Assembly (NCBI GenBank): GCA_965368975.1
Contig: CBDUPA010000002.1
Location: forward strand, 128,001 to 192,000
Direction: 5' to 3'
DNA length: 64,000 bases
Origin: an uncultured bacterium
GTDB lineage: Bacteria; Acidobacteriota; Thermoanaerobaculia; Multivoradales; JAHZIX01
Notes under the pieces: model-generated
The model's database searches: none
Seen by the model: the letters and a program-made list of their open reading frames with translations, nothing else
What the model was told of the DNA's origin: nothing
Position numbers and translations under genes: made by a program
Shown here: piece after piece, positions 58,734 through 64,000 of the stretch
Position numbering within the stretch: position 1 is the first letter of the stretch
Layout: every line of letters begins with the position of its first letter

Positions 58734-58862
58734 GATGCTGGGATTGTATGCCTTCAGCGGCGTAGAGGCACCATGGGGTCGTGTCCCAACAGTGGGCTAC
58801 GCCTACACGGTAGGTTTGGAGGCGGGCCGCCCTATTCCAGATTCAGGACAATCTTGCTCGCC

Positions 58863-59939
58863 TCAGAAGAGGTCGCTATCTCCCATCGTGCAATACAGTC
58901 GGCGCAGCAACTCGCCGCTGTGCGGCTCGGTGAACGGCAAGCAGATCATGCTCAGATCGTTGGGTTCTGGTGCGTTCAGCAGGCCGAGACGATCGAGCTC
59001 GGCGCCGAGCCAGGCGGGGCGATCGGGGAACCAGGCTTCGATCCTCGACGCACCCTGGCCAACAGGGCCGTCGACGGCGGTGTGCAGGAGGCGGGCAACT
59101 GCCTCGGGATAGCGCGGATCGAAGAGAGCATCGCCCCACAGCAAGCGTTCACCATCGCGTCGGAAGATGCCCCAAGCGCACAGGCGCCGCCAGTGGAAGA
59201 GGCCGACAACGTGATACTCGAAGCCGGGGCGCTGCAGGTAGCGCCATCGAACATAGCGGGCATCGCGTACGGTGAGGAAGCCGTAGGTGTCGCGCACGCG
59301 GTTAAACAGAGCGTCCCAGCGCTCGTCCGGAAAGTTGGACTGCTCGGTGGTCTCGGTGCGCCCAGTCCAGGCGGCGCTCCAGCCGTTGCGCCAGCCGTGC
59401 GAGACCTGCCGCGCCAAGCGAGCACGCGTCTGCGTATCCAGGTCCAAACGCCGGAAGGGTGCCGGACCGATGAAGTCGGCACTCAGGAAGCGACGATTGA
59501 ACTTCTGGATGTTGCCGACGTTGTAGCCGTAGTTGAACGCTACCTGCCCTTCAGAGAAATGCTCGAAGAAGGTAAAGGCGCTGCGTCCCAGCAGGCTGCG
59601 CGGACCGCGACCGATGTGACGCACGGCGGGCAGAGTCATGGTGTCGCCGATCTGATGAGCCAGCAGCGTGCGACCGGCGCCAGCACCCGGCGAGGAACCG
59701 GCATCGTAGAAGCACTGCAGATACCCCGCGTAGTGGGCCACCAGACGACCATCCGGTGCGGCAGCGACAATGATCCGCGGCTCGGACGAGTAGGGATTGT
59801 CCTGGAACTCCCACTGCCAGTGGTCGAGACCGCGCCGGTGGTGGAAGCAGGTTTCGAAGAGGTCGAGGATCTGGACCTCATCGCCAGCGCGGTAGGGGCG
59901 AACTTCGAAGTCCTCGCGACGCAGGGAACCAAGGTCCAT
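58863..59939 (-). CDS. GNAT-family N-acyltransferase
   Basis: VRPYRAGDE, W.WEF..NPY, VAHYA, GDTMT.P.VR, RDARYVRWRY and terminal GDSDLF. Confidence 0.8.
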   Translation of the reverse strand: MDLGSLRREDFEVRPYRAGDEVQILDLFETCFHHRRGLDHWQWEFQDNPYSSEPRIIVAAAPDGRLVAHYAGYLQCFYDAGSSPGAGAGRTLLAHQIGDTMTLPAVRHIGRGPRSLLGRSAFTFFEHFSEGQVAFNYGYNVGNIQKFNRRFLSADFIGPAPFRRLDLDTQTRARLARQVSHGWRNGWSAAWTGRTETTEQSNFPDERWDALFNRVRDTYGFLTVRDARYVRWRYLQRPGFEYHVVGLFHWRRLCAWGIFRRDGERLLWGDALFDPRYPEAVARLLHTAVDGPVGQGASRIEAWFPDRPAWLGAELDRLGLLNAPEPNDLSMICLPFTEPHSGELLRRLYCTMGDSDLF

Positions 59940-59989
59940 GCGAATCTAGGCCTCGCGATCGAGGGGGCGAGCGTACAGGTCGCTTCGCC

Positions 59990-60784
59990 TCAGCCGGCGA
60001 TGGCCACAGCACCCGCGGGAGCTGCCAGCACCTGGTTCTGCGCGTCGATGAGTTGGAACAGATCCTGGACGGCGGCGGTGCCGTGCTGAATCAACTCCCA
60101 GTTGGTGGCGATCAGCGAGTGCGACACCTGCTGCTGACTGCGGCCCAGGAGCGCGCCGACCTTGAGCTGGTTGCCCTCGACTTCGTACAGACGCACGATC
60201 TTGCGCTGCAGCTCGGTCATCTGGCTCCAGCGCCACTGCAGCATGTTGACCAGAACTTCGGCCGAGTCGTTGATCGCGCTCTGACCGCTCGACAGGCCGA
60301 AGGAACGCTTGCCGCGCTTGAGCTGCTGCATCTTCTCGTGCGCGGTGTAGAAGGCGGGACCATCGATGACGGCGGCGCGACCACTCTCCAAGCCAGCGGT
60401 GAGCGCATCGTAGGCGACGACGGAGCGGAAACGGACTGGGTGCAGCAACTCGTCGACACGCGCCAGCAGGTGGTACAAAGAGCCAACGCGCCACAAGACG
60501 GTAGCCAGTTGATCTCCACGTGTGATCTCGAGCGGGGCGAACAGGTCGCCGCGGAACTCGTCGTTGATGCACTCGACGCAGTGCTGCAGCTTGCGCGTCA
60601 GTTCGGCCCGATCCGGATGCTGCGACGATTCGATGACGTCGAACAGCAGCGCATAGGCCTTGGTCTCTCGTCCAGCGATGCCGGTGGGCCTTTCGTTGTG
60701 CTGGCTTCCTTCGCTCAGGAGCGAGCTGCTTGGAGTCTTCCTATTTGGGATGTTCGTGGACACGGCTCGGGTACCTCCGATCAA
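59990..60784 (-). CDS. SatD-family protein (cyclase-like fold + C-terminal HTH)
   Basis: LLFDVIESS, ITRGDQLA, DGPAFY.A and a C-terminal NQ.KV..LLGRSQQQVS HTH. The true start may be downstream of 60784. Confidence 0.78.
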   Translation of the reverse strand: MIGGTRAVSTNIPNRKTPSSSLLSEGSQHNERPTGIAGRETKAYALLFDVIESSQHPDRAELTRKLQHCVECINDEFRGDLFAPLEITRGDQLATVLWRVGSLYHLLARVDELLHPVRFRSVVAYDALTAGLESGRAAVIDGPAFYTAHEKMQQLKRGKRSFGLSSGQSAINDSAEVLVNMLQWRWSQMTELQRKIVRLYEVEGNQLKVGALLGRSQQQVSHSLIATNWELIQHGTAAVQDLFQLIDAQNQVLAAPAGAVAIAG

Positions 60785-60847
60785 GTGCTGGCAATCAGTT
60801 ACATAGCCTAGCTACTACGGGGAGGCTATGCAAGGCCCGGGCCATTC

Positions 60848-63800
60848 TCAGACTTGTTCTCGACTTGGCTCCTTGCCGGTCTCTTCGCCCGGCTCTTCCG
60901 CTGGCGCTGTAGCTACCTGGTGCCGCTCGGAGAATTGCAGCAGCAAATCGTAGAAGACTGGTACGAGGATCAGCGTCAGGAATGTGGCGAAAACGAGGCC
61001 GAAGATGACCGCCACGCCCATGGTTTGCCACCACTGGCTGCTCTCGCCACCAGTGGCGAAGTGGAAGCTGTGGAAGTCGAACTCGACCCCGGTCGAGAGC
61101 GGGATCAGGCCCAGCACGGTGGTCACCGCTGTCAGCACCACAGGACGCAGGCGTCGCAGTCCGGTGTCAACCACCAGCTGCCGTCGCGGTAGGCCTTTGC
61201 CGCGCTGCTGCTCGGCGTAGTCGAGCAACACGATGGCGTTATTGACCACAATCCCGGCCAGCGAGATGACGCCGAGGCCAGTCATGATGATGCCGAAGGG
61301 CAGACCGGTGACGATCAGGCCGAGCAAGACACCGATCATCGACATACCGACAGAGGTCAAGATGATCATCGGAATGGCCAGTGAGTCGAACTTGGCGACC
61401 ATCAGCGCCAGCACGATCAGCAACGCATAGAGGAAGGCACCACCGAGAAAAGCCTTGGTTTCCTCCTCGTCTTCGCTCTGCCCTCCGAAAACCAGGCTGT
61501 AGCCCTCGGGCAGCAGGTCCGACCGTGCTTCCAGGCGGCGCTGAGCTTCCTTGCGCACCGGGTCGGCCAGCTCGGGCGACGTGACCTGCGCGCTGACGGT
61601 CACCATGCGCTGCTGATTCTTGTGGTTGATAGCGGTCAGTGAGCTGGTGCGTTCGACGCTGGCGAAGATACTCAGCGGCACCTGATCACCATCGTCGTCG
61701 ACCACGGTCAGGCGCTGCAAGGCGTCGAGCGTGCGCGCTTCTTCGCGCAGCCGCACGACGATATCGGCCTCGTCCTTACCGTAGCGGTAGACCGACGCCT
61801 CGGTGCCATTGACCGCTGTTCGCACGGTACGCGCGATGTTGTCCATGGTCAGACCGAGCCGCGAGGCCTGGGTGCGGTCGATGTCTAGACGCAATTCGGG
61901 CCGCGCCAGATCGAAGTCGTCGTCGAGCGACACCATGCCCGGGATGCCCTCGAGCCTGGCCCGGATGCGCGCCGCGATCTCACCCAGCACCACGAAGTCG
62001 GGGCCGCTGATCTCGATCACCAGCGGATCACCGACCGGCGGTCCCTCTGCCTGGCGATCGACGCTGATCGTCACACCAGGCATCGACGCGACTCGTGTGC
62101 GCACTTCGGCCATGGTCAGGAACGAACTCTGAACACGCTCCTGGCGCGGCACCAGGTCCAGTGTGATGCGGGCTTTGGTGGTGTCGCCGCCTTCCGACTG
62201 CCCGACGAACTCGGCCTGGCTGCCGGCACCCACTCCGCTAGCCATCACCCGCAGATCAGGCACATCGGCGAGGCGGGCTTCCAGCTCGCGCGTTACTTCG
62301 TCCGTGCGTTCGAGCCGCGTGCCCGGCGGCATTTCGAGATCGACCCAGATCTGAGGCGGTTCGGTCTCGGGGAAGAACTCGATGCCAGTGTTGAGCGGCC
62401 CACCGTAGAGCCCGACGACCACGACGAAGAGGAGCAACGTTCCGGCGATGAACAGCGCCCGGTGGTCGAGCGCGAACTCGAGTAGCCGACGGTAGGCACC
62501 TTCGGCACGCTCGCCAAGGCGGTGCAGCCAGCCCTTCGCTGGTGCCGTCTCCAGGGACAACTCGGAGGGTGGCTCTGGCTCTATCGGAGTCAGGACGCGC
62601 ATGAAGGCTGCGCACAGCGTCGGGTTGATAGTCAGGGCAACCACCAACGAAGCGAGCAGGACGGCGATCACGGTCAGCGGTAGGTAGACCATGAAGTCAC
62701 CGATCACCCCGGGCCAGAAGACCAGCGGCAGGAAGGCACCGACGGTGGTCAAGGTAGAGGTCAAGATGGCTCCGCCGACCTCCTCCGTGGCTTCCGATGC
62801 CGCCTGCTCACGGGTAGCGCCCTCTTGCATGTGGCGATAGATGTTCTCGATCACCACCACCGCGTTGTCGACCAGCATGCCGACCGCCAACACCAGCGAG
62901 AAGAGCACGATCATGTTGAGCGTGACGCCCGAGGCGTCGATCCACAGGAAGGTGAGCAGCATGGAGAAGGGAATCGCCAGGGCGACGAAGATGGCATTGC
63001 GCAAGCCGAGAGCGAACATCAGCACCAGCACCACCAGCACCAGACCGGAGAGGATGTTGTTCTCCAGGTCCAGGACCATCCTGCGAATCTCGTCGCTCTG
63101 ATCGGCCAGCAGCGTGACCTCGACCCCGGCTGGCCAGTGCTGGCGCTCGCGCGCCACCGTGTCGCGAACCAGATCCGCCACTTCGATGATGTTGGCGCCC
63201 AGGCGCTTCTGCACCGCCAGCGACACCGACTCCTCGCCGTCGATGCGCGCGCTGGAACTGCGATCTTCGAAGCCGAAGCGCACCTCGGCGATATCGCGCA
63301 CGTAGATCGGCGAGCCATCGCGAGTAGCGATCACGAAGTCGCCGACCTCTTCCGGCTCGTCGATCTCACCAGGCACACGAACAGCGTACTTGAGGTCCCC
63401 CAGGTCGAGGTCGCCGCCGGGAATCGCCACGTTCTCGGCCGCCACGGTGTCGACCACGTCTTGCAGAGATAGGTCGTAGAGACGCAGGCGGTCCGGGTCG
63501 ACCAGCACTTGCACCTCGCGCTCGACGCCGCCGAGTAGCTGCGCGCGCAGCACGCCGGGCAAGCTCTCGAGCACATCCTGCAGATCCTCCGCCAGGTTCT
63601 TCAGCACCACCGGCCCGACATCGCCGGACAGGTGCACCTGCACCACCGGGATGTCGGAGAAGTTGATCTCCTGCAGGATCGGCTCCTCGGCCTCGAGCGG
63701 CAGATCCGCCTCGGCACGGTCGGCCCGATCGCGCACCTTCTGCAAGGCATCGTCGATGTCGGTGCCGGAGACGAACTCGACGGTCACCACCGACGCGCTC

Positions 63801-64000
63801 TCCTGGGACACCGAGGTCAACTTCTTGAGCCCTTCCAGCCCCTGCAGCTCGCGCTCCAGCGGCCGGGTCACCTGCGATTCAATGTCTTCCGGAGAGGCCC
63901 CCGGATAGAGGGTGTAGACGATGATCAGCGGAATGTTGACGTCCGGGCTGCTCTCACGCGGCAGCGTGATGTACGACAACGCACCGGTGAGGACCAGCAC
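60848..64000 (-). CDS. RND efflux transporter permease (AcrB/AcrD/AcrF family), 5' end truncated
   Basis: YPGASPEDIE, GMLVDNAVVVIENIYR, GIVVNNAIVL and RLRPVVLTAVTT. Confidence 0.95.
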   Translation of the reverse strand: MLVLTGALSYITLPRESSPDVNIPLIIVYTLYPGASPEDIESQVTRPLERELQGLEGLKKLTSVSQESASVVTVEFVSGTDIDDALQKVRDRADRAEADLPLEAEEPILQEINFSDIPVVQVHLSGDVGPVVLKNLAEDLQDVLESLPGVLRAQLLGGVEREVQVLVDPDRLRLYDLSLQDVVDTVAAENVAIPGGDLDLGDLKYAVRVPGEIDEPEEVGDFVIATRDGSPIYVRDIAEVRFGFEDRSSSARIDGEESVSLAVQKRLGANIIEVADLVRDTVARERQHWPAGVEVTLLADQSDEIRRMVLDLENNILSGLVLVVLVLMFALGLRNAIFVALAIPFSMLLTFLWIDASGVTLNMIVLFSLVLAVGMLVDNAVVVIENIYRHMQEGATREQAASEATEEVGGAILTSTLTTVGAFLPLVFWPGVIGDFMVYLPLTVIAVLLASLVVALTINPTLCAAFMRVLTPIEPEPPSELSLETAPAKGWLHRLGERAEGAYRRLLEFALDHRALFIAGTLLLFVVVVGLYGGPLNTGIEFFPETEPPQIWVDLEMPPGTRLERTDEVTRELEARLADVPDLRVMASGVGAGSQAEFVGQSEGGDTTKARITLDLVPRQERVQSSFLTMAEVRTRVASMPGVTISVDRQAEGPPVGDPLVIEISGPDFVVLGEIAARIRARLEGIPGMVSLDDDFDLARPELRLDIDRTQASRLGLTMDNIARTVRTAVNGTEASVYRYGKDEADIVVRLREEARTLDALQRLTVVDDDGDQVPLSIFASVERTSSLTAINHKNQQRMVTVSAQVTSPELADPVRKEAQRRLEARSDLLPEGYSLVFGGQSEDEEETKAFLGGAFLYALLIVLALMVAKFDSLAIPMIILTSVGMSMIGVLLGLIVTGLPFGIIMTGLGVISLAGIVVNNAIVLLDYAEQQRGKGLPRRQLVVDTGLRRLRPVVLTAVTTVLGLIPLSTGVEFDFHSFHFATGGESSQWWQTMGVAVIFGLVFATFLTLILVPVFYDLLLQFSERHQVATAPAEEPGEETGKEPSREQV

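Overview
A 64-kb, high-GC bacterial chromosomal segment. The gene content (VWFA-type secreted protein, many CRTAC1/FG-GAP proteins, Hanks kinases, three-subunit Sdh) suggests Acidobacteriota, probably Thermoanaerobaculia-like; this is an inference. From left to right: (1) an arylsulfatase, outer-membrane barrel and formylglycine-generating enzyme operon; (2) a ~19-kb minus-strand cluster with five CRTAC1/ASPIC-UnbV beta-propeller paralogs, a TPR protein, a membrane-anchored pentaheme cytochrome c-TPR protein, a cupredoxin-like protein and a dCache-HAMP-pseudocyclase-Ser/Thr kinase, divergent from a nitrilase-family gene; (3) an accessory patch with a HicB remnant, Fic, a DUF4143 remnant, a methyltransferase, a delta-carbonic anhydrase lipoprotein and hipBA; (4) housekeeping genes (osmoprotectant ABC transporter, OsmC fusion, pcnB, sdhCAB); (5) a split-borosin RiPP pair (alpha-N-methyltransferase plus an 85-aa precursor) directly downstream of a kinase-STAND ATPase-TPR gene, with tldD/tldE nearby; (6) pccB, ychF, vapBC, glycan-modification genes, a SatD-like gene and a partial RND permease. 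No rRNA, tRNA, CRISPR array or intact transposase was seen. The two strongest candidates for an undescribed system are the kinase/STAND-coupled borosin locus and the multi-propeller/cytochrome operon. All family calls come from motif recognition by eye; no database search was run.
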